From the NCBI GenBank assembly GCA_036847185.1, contig DAIUAM010000004.1, positions 24,861-88,860 of the forward strand: a stretch of 64,000 bases of DNA, in the 5' to 3' direction. Position 1 is the stretch's first letter. Every line of letters starts with the position of its first letter. The position numbers and the translations under genes are program-made. The notes under the pieces are model-generated. The model saw nothing but the letters and a program-made list of their open reading frames with translations. It did no database searches and was not told where the DNA came from. The DNA comes from Actinomycetota bacterium. Lineage in GTDB: Bacteria; Actinomycetota; UBA4738. Of the stretch, positions 54,803-64,000 are shown piece after piece.

Positions 54803-56146
54803 ATGGCCCATCGCATCTCCCAGCCAGACGGATCTCCGCCGCGGCGTCACCGTGGACGCCGGGTCATGCTCGCCGTGGCCGGCGTGCTGGCCGTGCTGCT
54901 GGCCGGTGGATCCGGCTTCTCGATCGTGGCCATCAAGCACTTCGACCATTCGCTGCTGGTGGGGAGCTTGTGCGTGGGCGTCGAATGCCGTCCCGGCGAA
55001 GCGGGGCTTCCGGACGTCAGCACCTTCTGCGAGCACGACGCGTGCAACTTCCTGGTGCTGGGGAGCGATAGTCGCGCCGGTCTGACGCCGGCGCAGCAGA
55101 AGCAGTTCGGGAGCTCGTCCACGGTGGTCGGCCAGCGCTCCGACACGATCATCCTGGTCCAGTACGATCCCAACAACAATCGGACGATCGTCCTGAGCAT
55201 CCCGCGCGACCTGCGCGTCGCGATCCCTGGACACGGCACGAACAAGATCAACACTGCGTTCTCCTACGGCCCCGACGTGCTGGTGCAGACGGTGGAGAAG
55301 CTGACCGGCCTCAAGATCAACCACTACGTCGAGGTGAACTTCTCCGGCTTCCAGGACATCGTGAACGCGCTGGGCGGCGTGCCGGTTTGCATCGACAAGC
55401 CGATGGTGGACAGCGTCATCAACCTGAACCTCGCCAAGGCCGGGTGCTACCAGCTGAACGGGGCGAAGGCGCTAGCGTTCGTCCGCGCCCGCCACGTCCA
55501 GGGCGACCTCATCCCGGACTTCTCGCGGATCGCCCGCCAGCAGCAGTTCATCCGGGCGCTGATGCAGAAGGCGATGTCGGTGGGCGCGATCTTCCACATC
55601 TCCCAGTTCGTGGCGGCGGCGAAGAACAACATGGTGATCGACAGCCACTTGAACATCTACGACCTCCAGGACCTGACGCTCCGCCTGGCCAAGCTCGGCT
55701 CGCAGAACGTGCTGTTCCGCGTGCTGCCGGGGCGTCCCGTCCAGATCGGTGGGGTGGACTACGTCGAGCTGGTCCAGCCGTCCGCTTCGTTGCTGCTCCA
55801 GCGGATCCGGGACGGGAAGGGCCTGGGGAGCATCGGGGAGCAGTCCCTCGGGACCGCCCCCTCCACCGCGTCGATCACCGTCCACGTCCTGGACGCGAAC
55901 TCCGGCGGCAAGGCACAGCAGGTCTACGCTTACCTGCAGAAGTCGGGGTTCGCGGTGACGCCCGTCCAGGCTGCCCCGGCGCAGTTCACCAAGAGCGACA
56001 TCCTGTTCGGGCACGGGGCGACGAACCAGAAGAACGTCGTGAACGCGTACCTGGCTTCACTGGACGCCGTCTACGACAATGCCGACACCAACCAGTCGGA
56101 CATCACGGTCGTCATCGGCCCGGACTTCAAGGGAGTGCCTTCCTGA
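54803..56146 (+). CDS. LytR-CpsA-Psr (LCP) family cell-envelope phosphotransferase with a C-terminal LytR_C domain.
   Basis: The N-terminal signal-anchor is RRVMLAVAGVLAVLLAGG. ...NFLVLGSDSRAG...RSDTIILVQYD...IVLSIPRDLRV is the LCP core with conserved Arg/Asp residues. It is the 3' part of the long track ORF 53699..56146. Confidence 0.85.
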   Translation: MAHRISQPDGSPPRRHRGRRVMLAVAGVLAVLLAGGSGFSIVAIKHFDHSLLVGSLCVGVECRPGEAGLPDVSTFCEHDACNFLVLGSDSRAGLTPAQQKQFGSSSTVVGQRSDTIILVQYDPNNNRTIVLSIPRDLRVAIPGHGTNKINTAFSYGPDVLVQTVEKLTGLKINHYVEVNFSGFQDIVNALGGVPVCIDKPMVDSVINLNLAKAGCYQLNGAKALAFVRARHVQGDLIPDFSRIARQQQFIRALMQKAMSVGAIFHISQFVAAAKNNMVIDSHLNIYDLQDLTLRLAKLGSQNVLFRVLPGRPVQIGGVDYVELVQPSASLLLQRIRDGKGLGSIGEQSLGTAPSTASITVHVLDANSGGKAQQVYAYLQKSGFAVTPVQAAPAQFTKSDILFGHGATNQKNVVNAYLASLDAVYDNADTNQSDITVVIGPDFKGVPS

Positions 56147-56439
56147 TGCCGGTCGAGATCGACGTCGACCACGTGGCGCGCCTGGCCCGGCTGGCCCTGA
56201 CCGACGAGGAGCGCGAGCGGTTTCGCCGGCAGTTGGGGCTGATCCTCGAACACGCCGAGAAGGTTCGCGAGGTCGCGGCCGAGGACGTCCTGCCCACCTC
56301 CCACCCCGTGCCCCGCTCCAACGTGTTCCGGCCCGATGAGGTCGAACCCTCGCTCAGCCACGACGAAGCGATGGCCGGCGCGCCCGAGGTGGAGGACGGG
56401 CGGTTCCGGGTGCCGCCGATCATCGAGGAGGAGGGCTGA
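56146..56439 (+). CDS. gatC: Asp-tRNA(Asn)/Glu-tRNA(Gln) amidotransferase subunit C.
   Basis: VDHVARLARLALTDEERERFRRQLGLILEHAEKV...LPTSHP is the canonical GatC sequence. It overlaps the LCP stop (TGATG) and immediately precedes gatA. Confidence 0.85.
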   Translation: MPVEIDVDHVARLARLALTDEERERFRRQLGLILEHAEKVREVAAEDVLPTSHPVPRSNVFRPDEVEPSLSHDEAMAGAPEVEDGRFRVPPIIEEEG

Positions 56440-56441
56440 GC

Positions 56442-57923
<1,482 letters not shown>

Positions 57924-58073
57924 GCCCCCCTCGGGCCCCGAGGAGCCGCGTTTCTCACCCAACACGGGTTGTCTTAGTCGAAAAGAAGCTGAGTGGCGGC
58001 ATCAAGACCGCCGGCGCGATCGAATGTCGCTGCCGAACGTCATCATCCCGAGGAGATCGGGCCCATTCCCCCC

Positions 58074-58105
58074 ATGTATGGCGCCATACGTATGGCGCCA
58101 TACAT
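58074..58105. promoter_or_regulatory. 32-bp perfect palindrome ATGTATGGCGCCATAC|GTATGGCGCCATACAT, made of two abutting 14-bp palindromes (GTATGGCGCCATAC), 24 nt upstream of the RHH gene start. Probable operator.
   Basis: Read directly: the sequence is identical to its reverse complement over 32 bp. It lies in a lower-GC spacer between gatA and gatB. Confidence 0.5.
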
Positions 58106-58129
58106 CAGAGAAGCAGGAGGGGATGGGGG

Positions 58130-58279
58130 ATGAGCTTTCGAAAGTCCACCATCTGGCTCACTCAGGAAGAGATGCTCGCGCTCGACCGGCTCGCCCTTCA
58201 GCGGGGGCTCACGCGTTCGGCCCTCATCCGGGAGGGGATCTGGCGGTCCTGCAGTCCCACGACGGAGAGCGACCGGTAG
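58130..58279 (+). CDS. Small ribbon-helix-helix (CopG/antitoxin-like) DNA-binding protein, 49 aa.
   Basis: MSFRKSTIWLTQEEMLALDRLALQRGLTRSALIREGIWRS follows the beta-strand/helix/helix RHH pattern. A GGAGG sits 9 nt upstream of the ATG. It is not in the supplied ORF track, which is why it is listed here from manual translation. Confidence 0.55.
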   Translation: MSFRKSTIWLTQEEMLALDRLALQRGLTRSALIREGIWRSCSPTTESDR

Positions 58280-58281
58280 GG

Positions 58282-58482
58282 GTGGTGGATTGGTACACGC
58301 GCGAACAGGAGCTCGTTATTGCGCTCACGAACGGAGGATTTTCGGATGAAGCCATCGCCCAGGAGCTCCGGGCGCCAGTCCAGCGCGTTGCGGAGCTGCG
58401 CAGGAGCATCCAGGAGCGCTGGCGTCGCTGGGACGAGGAAGACGCCCACGAAGACCCATCCGCTATCGTTTCCCAGTCATGA
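58282..58482 (+). CDS. Small HTH-like protein (66 aa, GTG start) resembling a stand-alone sigma-70 region-4 / LuxR-type helix-turn-helix. Its stop overlaps the gatB start (ATGA).
   Basis: TREQELVIALTNGGFSDEAIAQELRAPVQRVAELRRSIQERW resembles the region-4 pattern L..RE.EV..L....G.S.EEIA..LG...GTVKSR..RA. It has an acidic tail. It starts 2 nt after the RHH stop. The family assignment is tentative. Confidence 0.35.
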   Translation: MVDWYTREQELVIALTNGGFSDEAIAQELRAPVQRVAELRRSIQERWRRWDEEDAHEDPSAIVSQS

Positions 58483-59978
58483 CCGAAGCCTCCGCCCAGG
58501 CGGCCGGCGCCCCCCCCGCCCAGACCGACTTCGATACCGTCATCGGTCTCGAATGCCACGTCGAGCTCTCCACGGCCACCAAGATGTTCTGCGGCTGTCG
58601 GAACGAATTCGGCGCCCCTCCGAACACCAACGTCTGCCCGGTCTGCCTCGGCCATCCGGGCACCCTCCCCGTTCCCAATGAGAAGGCCATCGAGTACATC
58701 GTGAGGATCGGCGTGGCGCTGGACTGCGAGATCGCCCCCCACAGCCTCTTCCACCGCAAGAACTACTTCTATCCCGACATGCCGAAGAACTTCCAGATCA
58801 GCCAGTACGACCTGCCGATCTGCATCAACGGCCACCTCGACATCGAGCTGCCCGACGGCACGGCCCGGCGGATCGGTATCACCCGTGTCCACATGGAAGA
58901 GGACACCGGCAAGACCGTCCACGGCGGCGCGACCGGTCGGATCGGTGGCGCCGACTATGCCCTCGAGGACTACAACCGGGCCGGCGTCCCGCTCGTCGAG
59001 GTCGTCTCGGAGCCCGACATCCGCACCCCCGAAGAGGCCCGCGCCTACCTCACCGAACTCCGCGCCACCCTGGAGTCCCTCGGCGTCAGCGACGTGCGCA
59101 TGGAGGAAGGTTCGCTCCGCTGCGACGCCAACATCAGCCTCCGCCGCCGGGGCGACCACGAGTTCGGCACGAAGATCGAAGTGAAGAACCTGAACTCGAT
59201 CCGTTCGCTGTACCGCGCCCTCCGTTACGAGCAAGAGCGTCAGGTCGCGGCGCTGACGGGTGGCGAGCCCCTCATCCAGGAGACCCGGCACTGGGACGAG
59301 AACAAGGGCGTCACCACCCACGGCCGCTCCAAGGAGTACGCGTTCGACTACCGCTACTTCCCCGAACCGGATCTGGCGCCCCTGGAGCCCGACCCCGAGT
59401 GGATCGAGAAGCTCCGGGCGGACCTCCCCGAGCTGCCCGCCGCCCGCCGTGCCCGGTTCCGGGACCAGTTCGGGCTGGACCCCAACCAGTCGGCCATGCT
59501 CACCGAGGATGCGCGCTGGGCGTCGTTCTTCGAGCAGGCCGTCTCGGACGGCGCGTCGCCCAAGGGCGTGGCGAACTGGATGACGGGCGACCTCGCCGGG
59601 CTCCTGAACGAGTCGCACCAGCAGCTGGCCGACGCGAACGTGACGCCCTCGCACGTCGCCGAATTGGTCAAGCTCCTTGACGCACACACGATCTCCTCGG
59701 CCGGCGCGAAGACCGTACTGGCCGAAGCTTTCGCCAGTGGGGCCTCCATCGCTTCCATCGTCGAGTCGAAGAGCCTCACGCAGGTCTCCGACACCGGCGC
59801 CCTCGAAGCCGTGATCGACGAAGTGGTCGCGGAGAACGCGGACCTCGTCGAACAGTTCCGCGGGGGCAAGGAAGGCGTGATCAACGCCTTGGTCGGCCAC
59901 GTGATGAAGAAGACGAAGGGGTCGGCGAACCCCGCGGTTGCCCAGCAGCTGCTGCGGGAACACATCGCCGCGGGCTGA
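58479..59978 (+). CDS. gatB: Asp-tRNA(Asn)/Glu-tRNA(Gln) amidotransferase subunit B.
   Basis: The protein carries FDTVIGLECHVELSTATKMFCGC...VCPVCLGHPGTLP (GatB N-terminal cradle with a zinc-binding motif) and the C-terminal YqeY-like tail ...GHVMKKTKGSANPAVAQQLLRE. Confidence 0.9.
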   Translation: MTEASAQAAGAPPAQTDFDTVIGLECHVELSTATKMFCGCRNEFGAPPNTNVCPVCLGHPGTLPVPNEKAIEYIVRIGVALDCEIAPHSLFHRKNYFYPDMPKNFQISQYDLPICINGHLDIELPDGTARRIGITRVHMEEDTGKTVHGGATGRIGGADYALEDYNRAGVPLVEVVSEPDIRTPEEARAYLTELRATLESLGVSDVRMEEGSLRCDANISLRRRGDHEFGTKIEVKNLNSIRSLYRALRYEQERQVAALTGGEPLIQETRHWDENKGVTTHGRSKEYAFDYRYFPEPDLAPLEPDPEWIEKLRADLPELPAARRARFRDQFGLDPNQSAMLTEDARWASFFEQAVSDGASPKGVANWMTGDLAGLLNESHQQLADANVTPSHVAELVKLLDAHTISSAGAKTVLAEAFASGASIASIVESKSLTQVSDTGALEAVIDEVVAENADLVEQFRGGKEGVINALVGHVMKKTKGSANPAVAQQLLREHIAAG

Positions 59979-60066
59979 TCGAAGGGCCCGAGCGGCGGGT
60001 GATACCCTGGCTCGACCCCACCGTCATCGCGGAGATCCCGACGTCCCGACCAGGAGCGTGAGAGCC

Positions 60067-61218
60067 GTGGAGAAGCCCGAGATCATCATGGCGCCGGGCC
60101 CGACGCCCGTTCCGCCCGAGGTCCTGCTGGCGCAAGGGAGCCCGTTGGTCTACCACCGCGGACCCGGGTACGGGGACCTGCTGCGCGAGGTGACCGAAGG
60201 GCTCCAGCGCGTCTACCACACGGCCGGCGACGTGCTCATCTTCGCCGCCAGCGGCACCGGCGGACTCGAATCGGCGGTCCAGAACCTCTTCTCGCCGGGC
60301 GATCGCGTGGTGGTCCCGGTGGCCGGCTACTTCGGGGAACGCTTCGCGAAGATCGCCGCCGCGTTCGGGCTGGACGTCCGGCGGATCGACTACGAATGGG
60401 GCACAGCCGTGAATGCCGAAGACGTGCGGGCCGCCCTCCAGGAGGCCCCCACGAAGGCGGTCCTCGTCCAGCACAGCGAGACCTCGACCGGCGTGATCCA
60501 CGACGTCGAAGCGATCGCCGGGGTGGCCAAGGACGCCGGCGTGCTGATGGTCGTCGACGGGATCTCGAGCCTCGGCGCCGTCCCCTACGAAGGCGACGCA
60601 TGGGGCGTAGACGTGTGCGTGGGAGGCTCCCAGAAGGCGTTCTCCGCGACGCCGGGACTGGCCTTCGTCTCCGTCTCCCCGGCCGCGTGGGAGGCGACGA
60701 AGACGGCCACCAACCCGCGGTTCTACTTCGACTGGGCGGCCTACAAGCAGGCGTACGACCTGCCCAGTCCGGAGAACCCGTTCACGCCAGCCATCTCGCT
60801 GATGCTCGGCATGCGGGCGGCCCTTCGCCGGTACTTCGACGAGGGGCCCGAGGCGGTCCTGGACCGCCACCGCATCCTGTCCGCCGCGACGAAGGAGGGC
60901 ATCCGGGCCCTGGGTCTTGACCTGTCCGGTGAGCACCTCGATCGGGCGTGGGCGGTCACGGCGGTCAATGCGCCGGAGGGCATCGACGGCAACGCCCTGG
61001 TGGCGAAGGTTCGCGCCGACCACGGGATCATCCTGGCACCGGGACAGGGTCCGCTGAAGGGGAAGGTCTTTCGGATCGGCCACCTCGGGAACTACGACCG
61101 GTTCGACATCATCCGGTGCCTGGCCGCGCTCGAGCTCACGCTGGCCGAGATGGGGTACCCGGTCAAGCCCGGGTCGGCGGTGGCGGCCGCGGAAGGCGTG
61201 TTCGCCGCCCACCCGTGA
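60067..61218 (+). CDS. Class V aminotransferase (AGXT / serine-glyoxylate / archaeal-type phosphoserine aminotransferase family); a SerC candidate by adjacency to serA.
   Basis: The PLP-binding region contains GGSQKAFSATPGLAFVS and ...KVFRIGHLGN. The GTG start at 60067 has an upstream AGGAG. An alternative ATG lies at 60088. The stop overlaps the serA start (GTGA). Confidence 0.8.
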   Translation: MEKPEIIMAPGPTPVPPEVLLAQGSPLVYHRGPGYGDLLREVTEGLQRVYHTAGDVLIFAASGTGGLESAVQNLFSPGDRVVVPVAGYFGERFAKIAAAFGLDVRRIDYEWGTAVNAEDVRAALQEAPTKAVLVQHSETSTGVIHDVEAIAGVAKDAGVLMVVDGISSLGAVPYEGDAWGVDVCVGGSQKAFSATPGLAFVSVSPAAWEATKTATNPRFYFDWAAYKQAYDLPSPENPFTPAISLMLGMRAALRRYFDEGPEAVLDRHRILSAATKEGIRALGLDLSGEHLDRAWAVTAVNAPEGIDGNALVAKVRADHGIILAPGQGPLKGKVFRIGHLGNYDRFDIIRCLAALELTLAEMGYPVKPGSAVAAAEGVFAAHP

Positions 61219-62801
61219 AGGTCCTCGTCACCGAGCCGCTGTCCGAATCCGGCCTCGACCTGCTCCGCGGGGAGCTCGACGTGGACGTCCGGCCGGAGCT
61301 CGCCAAGGAGGGCCTGGCCGATGCGATCGCCGGCTACCACGCGCTGATCATCCGCTCGGCGACGAAGGTCACCGCGGACGTGTTCGACCGGGCCGACGAG
61401 CTGCGGGTCGTGGGGCGGGCGGGGATCGGGCTGGACAACGTCGACGTGGAGGCCGCGACCCGCCGCGGTGTCATGGTCGTCAACGCACCGGAGGCGAACA
61501 TCCTCTCGGCCGCCGAGCACACCATGGCACTGCTGCTGGCCCAGGCCCGGAACATCCCCCAGGCCCACGCGTCGCTGAAGGCCGGCCGCTGGGAGCGCTC
61601 GAAGTTCGAAGGCGTGGAGCTGCACGGGAAGACGCTGGGCATCCTGGGGCTGGGCCGGGTGGGAGCGATGGTGGCAGCCCGGGCGCAGGCCTTCGGGATG
61701 CGCCTGGTCGGCTACGACCCCTACGTGTCGAGGGAGCGCGCGAAGTCCATGGGCGTCGAGCTGATGCCGAGCCTGGAAGCGGTGCTGGTGCAGGCGGACT
61801 TCGTCACCATCCACCTTCCGCGGACGCCCGAGACCATCGGGCTGATCGGGGAGCGAGAGCTGGCCCTGTTGAAGGATGGCGCCCGGATCGTGAACACGGC
61901 CCGTGGGGAGATCGTGGACGAGAAGGCGTTGGTGGCTGCCCTGCGGGACGGGACGATCGGTGGCGCCGCGCTGGACGTGTTCGCCCAGGAGCCCATCCCA
62001 CCGGCTCACCCGCTGCTGGTGTACGACAACGTGGTGGTCACCCCGCACCTCGGCGCGTCGACGCGGGAGGCGCAGGACAAGGCCGGGACGGCGATCGCGG
62101 AGATGATCGGCCTGGCCCTTCGGGGCGAGTTCGTCCCCTACGCCGTGAACGTGCCGGCGGCGGGGGAGGTCAGCGAGCGGGTCCGGCTGTTCCTCCCGCT
62201 GGCCGAGAAGCTGGGGGCCGTCCTCACCGGCCTGGCCGCCGGGGCCGTCCGTTCCCTGGAGGCCGAATACGTCGGCCAGCTCGGCGACGAGGACACCCGC
62301 GTGCTGACGCTCGCAGCGATCAAGGGCGCGCTGGCATCGGTGGTCGACGAGCCGGTGTCGTTCGTCAACGCTTCGGTCATCGCGCGGGAGCGGGGGCTGC
62401 GGGTGTCGGAACGCAAGTCCGGCGAGTCGCGCGACTACGTGAACCTGATGACGCTCCGCTCCGAGACCGACGCCGGCGAGGTGAGCGTGGCCGGGACGCT
62501 GGTCGGCCGGCGGGACGGCGAACGACTGGTCCGCGTGTACGACTTCGACATCGACATGGCGCCGGCCCGCCACATGGCGTTCTTCCTGTACGAGGACCGT
62601 CCCGGCGTGATCGGCACGGTCGGTTCGCTCCTCGGGGCGGCTGGGGTGAACATCGCCAGCATGGAAGTCGGGCGGCAGCAGGCCGGCGGGCAAGCACTCA
62701 TGGGGATCACCGTGGACAGCCCGATCCCGGCCGAGGTGCTGGCCCGGATCGAAGCCGAGGTGCGCGCCGAACGGGCCCGCACGCTGGTCCTGCCAGGCTG
62801 A
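61215..62801 (+). CDS. serA: D-3-phosphoglycerate dehydrogenase (long form with ASB and ACT domains).
   Basis: VVGRAGIGLDNVD, GKTLGILGLGRVGAMVA, ...HLPRTPET... and ...ARGEIVDE... are present. The C-terminal ACT domain is ...GVIGTVGSLLGAAGVNIASMEVGR. Confidence 0.9.
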   Translation: MKVLVTEPLSESGLDLLRGELDVDVRPELAKEGLADAIAGYHALIIRSATKVTADVFDRADELRVVGRAGIGLDNVDVEAATRRGVMVVNAPEANILSAAEHTMALLLAQARNIPQAHASLKAGRWERSKFEGVELHGKTLGILGLGRVGAMVAARAQAFGMRLVGYDPYVSRERAKSMGVELMPSLEAVLVQADFVTIHLPRTPETIGLIGERELALLKDGARIVNTARGEIVDEKALVAALRDGTIGGAALDVFAQEPIPPAHPLLVYDNVVVTPHLGASTREAQDKAGTAIAEMIGLALRGEFVPYAVNVPAAGEVSERVRLFLPLAEKLGAVLTGLAAGAVRSLEAEYVGQLGDEDTRVLTLAAIKGALASVVDEPVSFVNASVIARERGLRVSERKSGESRDYVNLMTLRSETDAGEVSVAGTLVGRRDGERLVRVYDFDIDMAPARHMAFFLYEDRPGVIGTVGSLLGAAGVNIASMEVGRQQAGGQALMGITVDSPIPAEVLARIEAEVRAERARTLVLPG

Positions 62802-62813
62802 GCCTGCCGAGTC

Positions 62814-63293
62814 TCAGCCGGAGATCGTGTAGCCCTTCTTCGTCAGGTCGGTCAGCGCGCCCTGGACCTCGACCTGGCCGGGGACGCGGTTCTGGCGGAC
62901 CTCGTTGTCGAAGGACTGGACCGCCGTGACGTCTCCGCGCTGGGCGGCCGCGGCGAACGCGTCCAACCCGGCGGCGAAGTCCCGAAGGCCCTTCACGAGC
63001 TGGTCGTCGTCGGCCTGGGCGTCGGCCGGGGGGTTCAGTCGGTCCAGCTGGTCGGCCAGCTGGCGGAGCGTGCGGTCGTGGGCCCGGATCGCGGCCACGA
63101 CCTGGGCAACGGTCTCCTTCGATGCGTCGGCGAAGATCTGCGACATCTGCGACTGCACGCTCCGTCCGATCACCGTGAGCTTCGATTCGTACGCCTGTTT
63201 GGAAAGGCGCGAGGAGCCGCAGGCGGCCAGCAACAGGATGGCGGTCAAGGCCAGAGCGACGGTGCGGGCCGTTCGGACCGTTCGGCGGGGCAT
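62814..63293 (-). CDS. Hypothetical lipoprotein (159 aa).
   Basis: MPRRTVRTARTVALALTAILLLAACGSS is a signal peptide with an LAAC lipobox. The rest is helical and Ala/Gln-rich; no family is recognised. Confidence 0.6.
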   Translation of the reverse strand: MPRRTVRTARTVALALTAILLLAACGSSRLSKQAYESKLTVIGRSVQSQMSQIFADASKETVAQVVAAIRAHDRTLRQLADQLDRLNPPADAQADDDQLVKGLRDFAAGLDAFAAAAQRGDVTAVQSFDNEVRQNRVPGQVEVQGALTDLTKKGYTISG

Positions 63294-63385
63294 CGGGGCA
63301 TCCTCGCAGGAGCCGGGTATCCTTGCCCGCGCCGAGCCCCAGCCCGCTCATGAGGCTGGAAGCCGGCTCCTGGAGGAGGACCGAG

Positions 63386-64000
63386 TTGCCGATCCAACCC
63401 ACCGACAAGATCTGGATGGACGGGAAGCTCGTGGACTGGGAGGACGCCACCATCCACGTCCTGACCCACGGTCTGCACTACGGCAGCGGGGCGTTCGAGG
63501 GCATCCGCGCCTACGAGACCCCGAAGGGCACCGCCGTGTTCCGGCTGGAGGATCACATCCACCGGCTGTTTCGCTCGTGCAAGGTGTACGCCATGGAGGT
63601 CCCGTTCACCGAGGACGAGATCGTCCAGGCCGTGAAGGACACCGTCCGCGAGAACGCGATGACGGCCTGCTATATCCGGCCGCTCGTCTACCGGGGCTAC
63701 GGCGAGATGGGGCTCAACCCGCTGCCGGCGCCGGTCAACGTCCTGGTCGCGGTGTGGTCGTGGGGGCTGTACCTCGGCGAGGAGTCCCGCGAGCGAGGCG
63801 TGCGGGCGAAGATCTCGTCGTGGAAGCGCCTTGACCACAACATCCTCCCCCCGGGCGCGAAGGCCACCGGCCAGTACCTGAACTCGAGCCTGGCGAAGGT
63901 CGAAGCGCTGAACGCCGGATACGACGAGGCGATCATGCTCAACATGGCGGGGTACGTGACCGACGGCTCCGGGGAGAACGTCTTCATCGTGAAGGACGGG
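63386..64000 (+). CDS. ilvE: Branched-chain amino acid aminotransferase (fold type IV), 3'-truncated by the window end.
   Basis: IWMDGKLVDWEDATIHVLTHGLHYGSGAFEGIRAYETPKG...YIRPLVYRGYGEMGLNP is the canonical IlvE sequence. The TTG start has a strong GGAGGAGGA 6 nt upstream. No stop occurs before position 64000. Confidence 0.8.
   Translation, partial: MPIQPTDKIWMDGKLVDWEDATIHVLTHGLHYGSGAFEGIRAYETPKGTAVFRLEDHIHRLFRSCKVYAMEVPFTEDEIVQAVKDTVRENAMTACYIRPLVYRGYGEMGLNPLPAPVNVLVAVWSWGLYLGEESRERGVRAKISSWKRLDHNILPPGAKATGQYLNSSLAKVEALNAGYDEAIMLNMAGYVTDGSGENVFIVKDG

Overview
This 64-kb window has about 70% GC and is a densely packed actinobacterial-type chromosomal segment with genes on both strands. Family markers include an F420-dependent NADP reductase, a SigK/RskA-like sigma/anti-sigma pair, an LCP protein, gatCAB and a biotin ligase without an HTH domain. 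I see no rRNA, tRNA, CRISPR array, transposase or integrase; this is by eye only, since no tRNA or repeat scan was possible.

Acyl-CoA metabolism dominates the window:
- A leucine-catabolism (liu-type) block: methylcrotonyl-CoA carboxylase beta, methylglutaconyl-CoA hydratase-like crotonase, HMG-CoA lyase and carboxylase alpha. It is flanked by a second biotin carboxylase alpha with birA, and by an acyl-CoA dehydrogenase. A branched-chain aminotransferase (ilvE) lies ~5 kb upstream of the block.
- Ethylmalonyl/methylmalonyl-CoA pathway parts: crotonyl-CoA carboxylase/reductase, a fused B12-dependent acyl-CoA mutase, a second catalytic-subunit-only mutase, a methylmalonyl-CoA epimerase, a PccB-like carboxyltransferase, a thiolase, 3-hydroxybutyryl-CoA dehydrogenase, an acetoacetyl-CoA-synthetase-like ligase, an acyl-CoA thioesterase and two acyl-CoA dehydrogenases.

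Other content includes gatC-gatA-[insert]-gatB, a serC-like class V aminotransferase with serA, a second ilvE (truncated at the window end), an ABC ATPase, an MFS transporter, a DedA membrane protein, and GT2 and GT4 glycosyltransferases. Regulatory and envelope genes include MarR and XRE regulators, an orphan NarL-type sensor kinase, an M23 peptidase, an LCP protein, a large DUF11 surface protein and an FtsH-like protease paralog.

Candidates for something new:
1. A zinc-ribbon / class III nucleotidyl cyclase / NB-ARC (STAND) / TPR protein of about 1,040 aa, translationally coupled to a DUF1089 'glycolipid-binding'-type protein.
2. A lower-GC cassette (RHH protein plus a sigma-region-4-like HTH protein) inserted between gatA and gatB, behind a 32-bp perfect palindrome.
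3. An operon linking a PccB-like carboxyltransferase, a small epsilon-position ORF, a family III CoA-transferase, and GT4 and GT2 glycosyltransferases.
4. Three apparent +1/-1 frameshifts at short G/C runs, in a methyltransferase, a secreted protein and an ECF sigma factor. These are either sequencing errors or real pseudogenes.

All calls rest on motif-level reading of the ORF translations and the DNA; no database search was run.
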